DNA from: Rhizobiaceae bacterium
Lineage (GTDB): Bacteria > Pseudomonadota > Alphaproteobacteria > Rhizobiales > Rhizobiaceae
Assembly (NCBI GenBank): GCA_023953775.1
Contig: JAMLJD010000002.1
Location: 39,245-103,244 of the forward strand
DNA length: 64,000 nt
Direction of reading: 5' to 3'
The notes beneath the pieces were generated by a model, which was not told where the DNA came from, did no database searches, and saw nothing but the letters and a program-made list of their open reading frames with translations. The position numbers and the translations under genes were made by a program. This document shows, piece after piece, positions 7,329 to 15,890 of the stretch; within the stretch, counting starts at the first letter, position 1, and every line of letters starts with the position of its first letter.

Positions 7329-8336
7329 ATGCAGAATCCGATCGACGCCCTTCTTGCCGAAAAGGGCGTACTCCTGGCCGACGGCGCGACCGGCACGAAT
7401 CTCTTTGCAATGGGTCTCGAGGCCGGCGACGCGCCGGAACTCCTGAACGAGACCGCGCCAGACACGATTGCGGCGCTGCATCAGGGCTTCGTCGATGCCG
7501 GCGCTGACATCATCCTCACCAATTCCTTCGGCGGCACACGGCAACGCCTGAAGCTGCACCACGCGCAGGATCGCGTCCGTGACCTCAACCGCAAGGCCGC
7601 CGAGATCGCCTGCGCAGTGGCCGGCAAGGCCGGCCGGCGCGTTATCGTCGCGGGCTCCGTCGGCCCGACGGGCGAACTGCTCCAGCCTTTGGGTGCGCTC
7701 AGCTACCAGGAAGCGGTGGAAGCCTTCGCCGAACAGATCGAAGGTTTGAAGGAAGGCGGCGCCGAGGTCGCCTGGATCGAGACGATGTCGGCACCTGACG
7801 AGATACGAGCCGCAGCGGAAGCTGCCATCCTCGTTGGCCTCCCCTACACGTATACGGGGTCGTTCGACACGGCCGGCCGCACCATGATGGGCCTCCTGCC
7901 GAAGGACATCCACGCCGTAGCGGATGGCCTGGGAGAAGCGCCGGTCGCCGTCGGCGCGAATTGCGGCGTCGGCGCCTCGGACATCCTGGCGTCGCTCCTG
8001 GATATGACCGCCGAGAAGCCAGGGGCCACCCACATCGTTAAGGGCAATTGCGGCATTCCGGAATTCCGCGGGTCGGAAATCCACTATTCGGGTACGCCCG
8101 AGCTGATGGCCGACTACGCGCGCATGGCAGTCGATTCCGGTGCACGCATTATCGGCGGCTGCTGCGGTACGTCCTTCGCGCATCTGGCAGCGATGCGCCA
8201 GGCGCTGGACACGCACGCCAGGGCGGCGCGTCCGAGCACGAGCGATATCGTCGATCGCATCGGTCCGCTGCGCAACAAGATAGCCGCAGAAGTGCCGGAA
8301 GGCAGCCGGCGCGAGCGCCGCCGCGCGCGGGCCTGA
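7329..8336 (+). CDS. Homocysteine S-methyltransferase family protein (betaine-homocysteine methyltransferase-like)
   Basis: The ORF carries LLADGATGTNLF, ADIILTNSFGG, GANCG and the C-terminal IIGGCCGTS zinc-ligand pattern of the Hcy-binding (S-methyl_trans) domain. Confidence 0.85.
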   Translation: MQNPIDALLAEKGVLLADGATGTNLFAMGLEAGDAPELLNETAPDTIAALHQGFVDAGADIILTNSFGGTRQRLKLHHAQDRVRDLNRKAAEIACAVAGKAGRRVIVAGSVGPTGELLQPLGALSYQEAVEAFAEQIEGLKEGGAEVAWIETMSAPDEIRAAAEAAILVGLPYTYTGSFDTAGRTMMGLLPKDIHAVADGLGEAPVAVGANCGVGASDILASLLDMTAEKPGATHIVKGNCGIPEFRGSEIHYSGTPELMADYARMAVDSGARIIGGCCGTSFAHLAAMRQALDTHARAARPSTSDIVDRIGPLRNKIAAEVPEGSRRERRRARA

Positions 8337-8359
8337 TACCCGAGCGCAGCAGGCTTTCC

Positions 8360-8944
8360 CTACAGATCCTCCAGGTCCCGCCGGACCTTCTTCAAGAGGT
8401 CGCGCGCGGTTTCGGCCTGTTCAGGCGTCCACGAACCGCTGCGCAGCCGTGAAAACACCGCCCAGCGCAGGGCACGGAACTCGTCGCCAATCGCGACGCC
8501 GCTCATCTTGGCCGATGCGCCGTCGATGCCGGCATTGATGCGGTCGAGTTCGGCCGCATGCTCTTCGAGAAACGCCTGTCCGGCCTCGGTGATCGCGTAG
8601 AGGCGTTTGTTGCCGTCGGCTTGCGATGACACCAGGTCGGCCTCTTCCAGCATCTGAAGCATCGGATAGATCGCGCCGGGGCTCGGGCTGTACGCGCCCT
8701 GGAACCGCGCCTCGAGTGCCTTGATGATGTCGTAGCCGTGCCGCGGCTCCTCGGCGATCAGTCCGAGCACCACAAGCCGCAGCGCACCGGAATCGAAGCG
8801 CCCTCCCCGACCTCCGAACGGCCCGCCGTGCCGGCCGCCGAAGCCGCCGCCGCGCCCGCGTCCGCCGCCGTGGCGGCCGGGGCCGCCGCCATGGCCGCTC
8901 ATTCGCCACTCGCCGCGCCAGGAATTGCAGGATTTGTGAAACAT
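8360..8944 (-). CDS. PadR-family transcriptional regulator with an N-terminal Gly/Arg-rich tail
   Basis: The winged helix is LRLVVLGLIAEEPRHGYDIIKALEARFQGAYSPSPGAIYPMLQMLEEADLV. It is preceded by GHGGGPGRHGGGRGRGGGFGGRHGGPFGGRGGRFD. I chose the start at 8944 because AAGGAG lies 7 nt upstream. The ORF stays open to 8986. Confidence 0.8.
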   Translation of the reverse strand: MFHKSCNSWRGEWRMSGHGGGPGRHGGGRGRGGGFGGRHGGPFGGRGGRFDSGALRLVVLGLIAEEPRHGYDIIKALEARFQGAYSPSPGAIYPMLQMLEEADLVSSQADGNKRLYAITEAGQAFLEEHAAELDRINAGIDGASAKMSGVAIGDEFRALRWAVFSRLRSGSWTPEQAETARDLLKKVRRDLEDL

Positions 8945-8971
8945 TCTCATTCTCCTTATCGTCATATCTGC

Positions 8972-8995
8972 GATATATCTATTCAACGATATATC
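8972..8995. promoter_or_regulatory. Two copies of the self-complementary octamer GATATATC upstream of the PadR gene
   Basis: GATATATC occurs at 8972-8979 and 8988-8995, 16 nt centre to centre, in an AT-rich patch 30-50 nt upstream of the chosen PadR start. It is a candidate autoregulatory operator. Confidence 0.35.
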
Positions 8996-9068
8996 TTTTT
9001 ACAAGGAGAATTCGTCGACACCGGGAAAGCTGCCTTCGGCTTCAAAGGCTGCCGTGAGCGAACGGGAT

Positions 9069-9101
9069 AAAAAAAGAGCCGGCAGGTTTCCCTGCCGGCT
9101 C
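9069..9101 (-). terminator. Rho-independent terminator after the sigma/vWA operon
   Basis: The minus strand reads GGAGCCGGCAGG-GAAA-CCTGCCGGCTC followed by TTTTTTT. It lies about 70 nt downstream of the vWA stop codon. Confidence 0.7.
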
Positions 9102-9172
9102 CGCCTCACCCACCCTGACGGATCCGCGCCGCCAAACGATCCCAAAGAACGCGGACCCGCCGATATTGCCAC

Positions 9173-11170
9173 CTACCGCCTGCTGTCGAGCGCCGAGGCA
9201 AGGCGCACAAGCGAGAGGAACTCCGCCCTGTACCCGTAAGGGTCGGAGCCACGCGCGGCGGTGGCAATCTGCATGATCCTGTCGTAGTCGAAGCTGGCCG
9301 TCTGGTCGGTCTTGCGCAGCTTCTGGCCGAAGGCTGCAACGGCGATCGAGAAGCGCACGTCCTGTGCAGCGTTCGCGAAACTGTCGACTTCGTTCGCGGC
9401 CGTCACGGGCGTCGTGATCAGCTTCGAGACATCCTCGCCCGGAAGCTTGTAACGAATCTTGACGAAGGCATATTCGTCCGACGTATCGCCGACAGCGGGC
9501 TTGGCGTCGTCCTGGCCGTAGCGCAAATCGTCGATCAGCTCGGCCGGGCTTCCGTTCGGCGTGATCTCGTAAATGGCCGTCACGGAATGGCCGGAGCCGA
9601 TATCGCCGGCGTCGACGCGATCGTTGTTGAAGTCCTCGCGGTTCAGCGCGCGGGTCTCGTAGCCGATCAGCCGGTATTCCGAGACCTGCTGCGGATTGAA
9701 CTCGACCTGGATCTTCACGTCGTTGGCGATCGGGAACATGGTCGACCCGGCCTCCTGGACGAGGGTCTTTTCCGCTTCCGCCAGCGTGTCGATATAGGCC
9801 GCCGTGCCGTTGCCGTTCTGCGCAATGGTCTGCATCATCTGGTCGTTTAGATTGCCGCGGCCGAAGCCGAACACCGACAGATAGACGCCGCTTTCACGCT
9901 TCTCCTCGATCAGCCTCTTCAGCTCGTCGTCGGAGGTCTGCCCGATGTTGAAGTCGCCGTCGGTTGCCAGCATGACGCGGTTGACGCCATCCTTCACGAA
10001 GCTCTTCTCGGCGAGCCTGTAGGCTTCCCGGATACCTTCCTCGCCGGCCGTCCGGCCACCGGCTTCCAGATTGTCGAGCGCGTCGAGGATCGCCGCCTTG
10101 TCCGACCCCTTGGCGTTCTCCAGGACCGTGCCGGCATTGCCCGCATAGGTGACGATAGACACCGTGTCGTCGGCATCGAGCCTGTCGACCAGCAGCCGGA
10201 ACGCGTTCTTGAGCAGCGGCAGCTTGTCGGGCGCGTTCATCGAGCCGGAAACGTCGAGCAGGAATACGAGGTTCGACTTCGGCTTTTCGGCCGGCTTCAC
10301 ATCATATCCCTTGATCGCGACATGCATCAGCTTGGTGTGGTCGTTCCACGGGCTCGGCGTCACGGTGATCGTCGAATTGAAGGGCTGGTCGGCACCTTCC
10401 GGGCCGCGCCAGTCATAGGGGAAGTAGTTGATCATCTCCTCGACGCGCACGGCGTCGGGGTTGGGCATCACGCCTTCCTTCAGCGTGCGCCGGACGAGTG
10501 CATAGGACGCGGTATCGACGTCGATCGAGAAGGTCGAGACCGGGTTCTCGAGTGCCGAGCGCACCGGATTGGTGTCGAAATTCTCGAACCGGTCGCGGGA
10601 CTCTTCCTCGACGACCACCGGGTCGGGCACGGCCACGTTCGGTTGCGGCGATACCATCGTCTTACTGTGGCCGCCCAGCGACTGGCGATACATGCGATCC
10701 CGCGCCGCGCCTGTCGCAGGCAGGGCCGGTGCCGGGCTCTCCGACGCGACGCCGTCGAAAGACAGCTCCCGCGCGGCTTCGTCGGCTTCGCCATCCGCCC
10801 GCTTGTCGGCAAGCTTGCCGACCGGCTCGGGCTTCGGCGCCTGCTCGCGGGTCTCCTTCTGGTCGAGCGGCGGCATGCCGATATTCACCGTGTCCAGCAT
10901 CTGCCAGCCGACATAGCCGGCGATCGGCAGTGCGACGAGACCGGCGATCGCCGGGGTTGCCATCAGCTTCTTTTCCATCATCCCGCTCCAGATGTTTGCC
11001 ATTCTGTCGCTGAGACGACGGCCCGCCGCCGATCCTTTGGGTATGCTCGAATTTTTTTCCGCGTCGAAGCTTTCGAGCGCCGCCTCTACGGCACGCGCAC
11101 GCGCGTCACGGCCGGGTCCGGGGACCGGGGCACTGCGCAGCATCTTCAGATCATCGTCGTTCATCGTCAC
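9173..11170 (-). CDS. Membrane-anchored von Willebrand factor A protein (YfbK-like), putative anti-sigma or signal-sensing partner of the upstream ECF sigma factor
   Basis: The 665-aa ORF has about 65 cytoplasmic residues, one TM span (LMATPAIAGLVALPIAGYVGW) and a Pro/Glu-rich linker. A vWA-interacting block (VSTFSIDVDTASYALVRR...INYFPYDW) follows. The vWA MIDAS motif is LVFLLDVSGSM...TDGDFN. A DUF3520-like tail is also present. The start overlaps the sigma gene stop (ATGA). Confidence 0.9.
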   Translation of the reverse strand: MTMNDDDLKMLRSAPVPGPGRDARARAVEAALESFDAEKNSSIPKGSAAGRRLSDRMANIWSGMMEKKLMATPAIAGLVALPIAGYVGWQMLDTVNIGMPPLDQKETREQAPKPEPVGKLADKRADGEADEAARELSFDGVASESPAPALPATGAARDRMYRQSLGGHSKTMVSPQPNVAVPDPVVVEEESRDRFENFDTNPVRSALENPVSTFSIDVDTASYALVRRTLKEGVMPNPDAVRVEEMINYFPYDWRGPEGADQPFNSTITVTPSPWNDHTKLMHVAIKGYDVKPAEKPKSNLVFLLDVSGSMNAPDKLPLLKNAFRLLVDRLDADDTVSIVTYAGNAGTVLENAKGSDKAAILDALDNLEAGGRTAGEEGIREAYRLAEKSFVKDGVNRVMLATDGDFNIGQTSDDELKRLIEEKRESGVYLSVFGFGRGNLNDQMMQTIAQNGNGTAAYIDTLAEAEKTLVQEAGSTMFPIANDVKIQVEFNPQQVSEYRLIGYETRALNREDFNNDRVDAGDIGSGHSVTAIYEITPNGSPAELIDDLRYGQDDAKPAVGDTSDEYAFVKIRYKLPGEDVSKLITTPVTAANEVDSFANAAQDVRFSIAVAAFGQKLRKTDQTASFDYDRIMQIATAARGSDPYGYRAEFLSLVRLASALDSRR

Positions 11171-11730
11171 TCATCCCCGGCCGAAGCCATCATCTGCTTC
11201 AGCCGCTTCTTTGCCTCGTGCACGTGCCACGACACCGTGGGCTCCGCGAGCCCCATTACGTCGGCGGCATCGGCATGGCTCAGTCCCTCGCCATAGACCA
11301 GCGTGACGGCGTCGCGCTGCTTGTCCGGAAGCTGGCGCACCGCCGCCCACAGCCGGCCGGCCGCATCGTCGGGCTCTTCGGCCACTTCGCCGTCGATCAG
11401 CGCCTGCGCGCCGTATTCCTTTGCCTTTCGTGCCTCGCGCGCGCCCTTGCGGGCCATGTCGCGCACGGCGTTGAGCGTCAGGGCATAGAGCCAGGTGGTG
11501 AACCGCCCCGCGCCCTTGAAGCCGCGGATGGCACGGCCGAGACGCACGCAGACCTCCTGCGCGATGTCCTCGGCGTCCGCTCGGTTGCCCGCGAGGCGAT
11601 AGGCGACCCGGTAGACGTAGTCGTAGTGGCGTTCGACCAGCGCGGCGAAAGCCGCCCGGTCGCCGGCAATCGCGCCTGCCACCAGCGTCTCGTCAGGTTG
11701 GTCACTGTCTTCCAGCGTCATTGCCATCAT
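11167..11730 (-). CDS. ECF (sigma-70 group IV) RNA polymerase sigma factor
   Basis: Region 2 reads FAALVERHYDYVYRVAYRLAGNRADAEDIAQEV.VRL. Region 4 reads LPDKQRDAVTLVYGEGLSHADAADVMGLAEPTVSWHVHEAKKRLK. Confidence 0.9.
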   Translation of the reverse strand: MMAMTLEDSDQPDETLVAGAIAGDRAAFAALVERHYDYVYRVAYRLAGNRADAEDIAQEVCVRLGRAIRGFKGAGRFTTWLYALTLNAVRDMARKGAREARKAKEYGAQALIDGEVAEEPDDAAGRLWAAVRQLPDKQRDAVTLVYGEGLSHADAADVMGLAEPTVSWHVHEAKKRLKQMMASAGDE

Positions 11731-11855
11731 CGCCCGTTGGACGACCGCTTGTGGGCATTCCTTGGGGTGATGTGAAGATTTTTTTGAGGCGGGTGTCCCG
11801 CGGCACGGCGAGGCGCGTCGTCGCGCGCGCCTTCACTGCCGGCCCGGAACGGGCA

Positions 11856-12524
11856 TCACCGGGCGTAGGCGCGCATGATGAAAGCCTGCATTTCGGCGGG
11901 ATAGCGATAGTCGAGGCCATACGGGCAGGCATTGCGAGCGAGGCATCCCCCTGCCCGGCACGCGCCGCCCCGGACACCTTTGACATGCGCCACGCAACGA
12001 CCGTAGGCGAAGTCAGGCCCGGCGAACGCCTCGACGGGACAGGCGGAAAGACAGGGTTTTCCGTGACATGCGTCGCACAGGTGAATCGGTTTGTGAACCG
12101 GCGGAAAGCCCAAAGGCGTTGCGAAGGCGAGAGCCCCGCGAAAGGCGTGCCACAGTCCGTATTCGGGATGAATGAGGATGCCGAGCGGCGACGCCTCGAG
12201 CCTGGCTGCGCGGCGCGCCCATTGCTGGAACGGCGGGAAAGGCCGCTCGTTGGGCATGATCAGGCGCGCCCCGAACGTTTCGCCGACCCGGCCGATGACT
12301 TCCGCCGACCATGTGTCGAGCGGATCGGCCATCACGTCCGGCTGCCGTTCGACCCAGGCCGTGAATTCGGACCAGAACGTGCCTCCGGCGTTGCCGACCA
12401 GCGCGATCGACTGAGCGGGTCTTCCGGAAGGTCCATCCAGCTCGTCCTCACCGGGTTCGAGATCGAAGCCGCCGAAAAGCGTCAGCCGATTGCGTGCCAG
12501 GGCGGCTGCAAGCGCGTCGCGCAT
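11856..12524 (-). CDS. 4Fe-4S ferredoxin-like protein
   Basis: The 222-aa ORF has Cys clusters CDACHGKPCLSACP and CRAGGCLARNACPYG. The family beyond being Fe-S binding is not resolved. Confidence 0.55.
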   Translation of the reverse strand: MRDALAAALARNRLTLFGGFDLEPGEDELDGPSGRPAQSIALVGNAGGTFWSEFTAWVERQPDVMADPLDTWSAEVIGRVGETFGARLIMPNERPFPPFQQWARRAARLEASPLGILIHPEYGLWHAFRGALAFATPLGFPPVHKPIHLCDACHGKPCLSACPVEAFAGPDFAYGRCVAHVKGVRGGACRAGGCLARNACPYGLDYRYPAEMQAFIMRAYAR

Positions 12525-12527
12525 CGC

Positions 12528-13265
12528 CTACCCCGCAAGCGTCTCGGTGAGCAGCATTTCGAGCCGCTTCCAGTGGCGTTCGGCGCCGGCAGCGTCGAAG
12601 ACACCGTGATCGGGAACGCACCACCCGTGCGCCATACCGACATAATTCTCGATCGTGTGGTCGACCTCGGCCTCGCGGAATGCGCGCGCAAGACGCGCGG
12701 ACTGCTCGGGTGGAAACGACCCGTCGACGCCGGCGCACCCGACATAGATCCGGCCTCGGATCCGATCGGCATTGCGGTGCGGACTGTCGTCGGCGTCGGA
12801 GGCAAGTCCGCCGCCATGGAAGCTGGCGGCCGCCGCGATGCGATCGGGATAATGCGCGGCCGCATTGATGGCGCGCGCACCGCCCATGCAATAGCCGACG
12901 GTGGCGACCGGCCCGTCATGGCCGGCTTCGGCCAGCGCCTCGAGAAACGCACCCGTATCGGCGATCGTCATGGCCTGGGTCGTGCCGCGGATCATGCCGA
13001 TGATTTCAGCCTTCGTCGCCTCGTCGGCGAACGCAGTGCGGGCATCGTGTGGCCCGTAAGGCGCGAAGCGATACAGCGTATCGGGCACCAGAACCGCGTA
13101 GCCGAAGCCGGCGATCCGCTCCGCCATCTGGTCGAGCGCCGGCCGCGGCCCGAATGCGTCCATGTAGATGATCACAGCGCCTTTGGAGGCCGCCCCGTCG
13201 ACGGTGAAAAGGCCCGCATCCGCGCGCCCGTCCGGCGTTTCGATTTTCAGCTCGCGCTTCGTCAT
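12528..13265 (-). CDS. Dienelactone hydrolase family protein
   Basis: The ORF has GAVIIYMDAFGPRP, the nucleophile elbow GYCMGG and a C-terminal HGW histidine. Its length is 245 aa. Confidence 0.85.
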   Translation of the reverse strand: MTKRELKIETPDGRADAGLFTVDGAASKGAVIIYMDAFGPRPALDQMAERIAGFGYAVLVPDTLYRFAPYGPHDARTAFADEATKAEIIGMIRGTTQAMTIADTGAFLEALAEAGHDGPVATVGYCMGGARAINAAAHYPDRIAAAASFHGGGLASDADDSPHRNADRIRGRIYVGCAGVDGSFPPEQSARLARAFREAEVDHTIENYVGMAHGWCVPDHGVFDAAGAERHWKRLEMLLTETLAG

Positions 13266-13362
13266 GCAGATTGTCTCCCTGGCAAAGCCAGAGTTACCGT
13301 GCCGATCACATCCTGCAAGCCGTTTCGATACCGCTTCACCGTCGAGGTTCGATCGATACCGA

Positions 13363-13890
13363 TCAGGCGGAACGCACCATCCGCTTCAGGACATCGTTGC
13401 GCTTGACGAAATGGTGCCAGAGCGCTGCCGCGACATGCAGACCGACCACGGCGATGATGACGGGCTTCGCCATCTCGTGCACCTCGCCGGCATCATGGAT
13501 ACCGAAATACCAGGCGACACCGCCGCTGATCGGCATCCCCAGAATGACCAGATAAAGGATGCCGTGCGTCGCCCTCGCCGCCATCTTCAGCAGCCGGTGC
13601 TCGTCGGCCGGCGGCTCCGGTGCGCCACGGCGCAGCAGGACGACGACCCGCAACAGCGCCAGCACGAAAATCGCGATGCCGACATAGACATGGATATTGG
13701 CCCAGAACAGGTCTGCTTCGGCAGGCGTATTGCCCCGGCTGAAGGCGCGGTAAGCAGGCTTGATGTCCTCGCCCATGATAAGCTGGAAGATCACCAGCAC
13801 CGCGATGATCCAGTGGAGCGCGATCTGGGTGGTGGAATAGCCGGCAGGTTTGGTCGACATCGAGTTCAGGTCCAGTTGATGAAGGCGCAT
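13363..13890 (-). CDS. Cytochrome b561 family (CybB-like) membrane protein
   Basis: Four TM helices carry conserved haem-ligand histidines: ALHWIIAVLVIFQ, HVYVGIAIF, HGILYLVIL, HVAAALWHHF. Confidence 0.85.
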   Translation of the reverse strand: MRLHQLDLNSMSTKPAGYSTTQIALHWIIAVLVIFQLIMGEDIKPAYRAFSRGNTPAEADLFWANIHVYVGIAIFVLALLRVVVLLRRGAPEPPADEHRLLKMAARATHGILYLVILGMPISGGVAWYFGIHDAGEVHEMAKPVIIAVVGLHVAAALWHHFVKRNDVLKRMVRSA

Positions 13891-14065
13891 CGATATCCCG
13901 GAGCTTTACCGGGCCGCCTTGACCTCGGACAAGTTACGACTTGGTCATGAAAGACGACCGCCTCCCGCAATGGCGGTGGCCTCAGTCGTGGCCGCGGATC
14001 GCGCTACGCCAGACTTCCTTGTGGATGATGTCGGCCACTTTAGCCCGGCCGTCCGCGGGCCCTTT

Positions 14066-15634
14066 TCACGTGAAGGCGTCGGGCATCGATTCCTTCTTCT
14101 TCGCCACGAAATCCTTCAGTCCGTCGGCGATTCCCGCATCCAGCGAGGGCGCTTCGTAGGCATCGAGCCATTTGCGCGCGATCTCGTTGGCGCGCTGCGG
14201 CGCGGTCTTCTCGCCTTCCGCAAGCCACTGCTCGTAGGAATTGTTGTCGGCGATCGACGACCGGTAGAAGGCGGTCTGGAAGTTGGCTTGCGTATGGCTG
14301 CAGCCAAGATAGTGGCTGCCGGGCCCGACCTCGCGGATCGCATCCATCGCCTGCCCGTTCTCCGACAGGTCGACACCCTGCGCCAGCTTCTGCTGCATGC
14401 CGAGCTGGTCGACATCCATGATGAATTTCTCGTAGCAGGAGGCCAGTCCGCCCTCGAGCCAGCCGGCTGAGTGGAGAACGAAATTGGTGCCTGCCAGCAG
14501 CGTCGAGTTCAGCGTATTGGCGCTTTCATAGGCCGCCTGGGCGTCGGGAACCTTGGAAGCGCACAGCGAGCCGCCGGTACGGAACGGCAGGCCGAGCCGG
14601 CGCGCGAGCTGTGCCGCGCCATAGGAGACCAGCGCCGGTTCCGGCGTGCCGAAGGTCGGGGCGCCCGACTGCATCGAGATCGACGAGGCGAACGTGCCGA
14701 ACAGCACCGGCGCGCCGGGCCGGCAGAGCTGCGTGAAGGCCGCGCCCGCGAGAACCTCGGCGAGGATCTGCGTCAGCGTGCCGGCAACCGTCACCGGGCT
14801 CATGGCACCTGCGAGGATGAACGGCGTGATGATCGTCGCCTGGTTGGCGCGGGCATAGACCTTCGCCGCGCCGAGCATGGTTTCGTCGAACACCATCGGC
14901 GAATTGGCGTTGATCAGGTTGATGACGACCGTGTTGTCGTCGACGAACTGCTCGCCGAACAGGATCCTGGCCATCGCAACCGTATCCTCGGCGCGCTCGG
15001 GCGCGGTCACCGACCCCATGAACGGCTTGTCCGACAGCGTCATGTGCGCATGCACCATGTCGAGGTGACGCTTGTTCACCGGCACGTCGACCGGCTCACA
15101 CACGGTACCCCCCGAATGATGGATCGACGGCGCCAGGTAGGCGAGCTTCACGAAATTGCGGAAATCCTCGATCGTGGCGTAGCGACGGTTGCCGTCGAGG
15201 TCGCGCACGAAGGGCGGACCGTAGACCGGAGCAAAGACGGTAGCGTCGCCGCCGATCTGAACCGACCGCTCGGGATTGCGTGCATGCTGGGTGAACACCG
15301 GCGGCGCGGTCTTCAACAGTTCGCGGCACAGGCCCTTGGGAAAATGCACGCGCTCGCCCTGGACGTCGGCGCCGGCCTCCTTCCACATCGCCAGCGCTTC
15401 GGCGTCGTCGCGGAACTCGATGCCGATCTCCTCGAGGACCCGGTCGGCATTGGCCTCGATCAGCGCGATGCCTTCCTCGTCGAGAACCTCGTAAACCTTT
15501 ATGCTGCGGCGGATATAGGTAAGTTGCTGCCCCGGCCCGCCACCGGAACGCGCGGCGCGGCGCGCGCTAGCCCCGCCCCGGTCGCCACGGCCCCGCCTTC
15601 CTCCCGAAAGCTCGGCTTCATTGATCTGGTTCAT
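14066..15634 (-). CDS. MttB-superfamily methyltransferase of the non-pyrrolysine type (quaternary-amine:corrinoid methyltransferase-like)
   Basis: The ORF is 523 codons from ATG 15634 with no internal stop or TAG. It has typical MttB-family blocks (VFAPVYGPPFV, NLINANSPMVFD, ITPFILAGAMSPVT, HSAGWLEGGL) and an RG-rich N-terminus. Confidence 0.9.
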   Translation of the reverse strand: MNQINEAELSGGRRGRGDRGGASARRAARSGGGPGQQLTYIRRSIKVYEVLDEEGIALIEANADRVLEEIGIEFRDDAEALAMWKEAGADVQGERVHFPKGLCRELLKTAPPVFTQHARNPERSVQIGGDATVFAPVYGPPFVRDLDGNRRYATIEDFRNFVKLAYLAPSIHHSGGTVCEPVDVPVNKRHLDMVHAHMTLSDKPFMGSVTAPERAEDTVAMARILFGEQFVDDNTVVINLINANSPMVFDETMLGAAKVYARANQATIITPFILAGAMSPVTVAGTLTQILAEVLAGAAFTQLCRPGAPVLFGTFASSISMQSGAPTFGTPEPALVSYGAAQLARRLGLPFRTGGSLCASKVPDAQAAYESANTLNSTLLAGTNFVLHSAGWLEGGLASCYEKFIMDVDQLGMQQKLAQGVDLSENGQAMDAIREVGPGSHYLGCSHTQANFQTAFYRSSIADNNSYEQWLAEGEKTAPQRANEIARKWLDAYEAPSLDAGIADGLKDFVAKKKESMPDAFT

Positions 15635-15730
15635 CGCGCTGTCCTCGACATCACATTGCGTGCATAGCACGGCACTTTCGCCGGACTGTAGCCCCCCGCC
15701 CTTTTGTGAACGGTCAGGCAACGCCAAGGC

Positions 15731-15748
15731 CTGTCGCAATATCGACAG
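15731..15748. promoter_or_regulatory. Inverted repeat in the divergent MttB/corrinoid promoter region
   Basis: The repeat is CTGTCG-CAATAT-CGACAG. It lies about 100 nt upstream of the MttB start and about 140 nt upstream of the corrinoid gene start. Confidence 0.25.
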
Positions 15749-15890
15749 CAAACGGCATTGAAACGCCAGTCGTTTTCGTTTTGCATGACGTCGCAATCCG
15801 GCTATGAGCGTGGACGCGCGCCAGATTATGAATGGCGTGGGTGATGCGCCGCCAATGCACCCGCCGCTTCGCGGACTGAAGGAGCTTTCG

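Noticed and set aside
8972-8995. Possible CRISPR-like or tandem repeat (CGATATATCT twice)
   Set aside because: There are only two copies of an 8-10-nt palindrome 16 nt apart, and no cas genes. It is interpreted as an operator instead.
11731-11855. ECF-type promoter (GGAAT ... TCCAA) upstream of the sigma factor gene
   Set aside because: The spacing between the -35-like and -10-like elements is too short by my count (about 13-15 nt). The -10-like element would also abut the start codon. There is not enough support.
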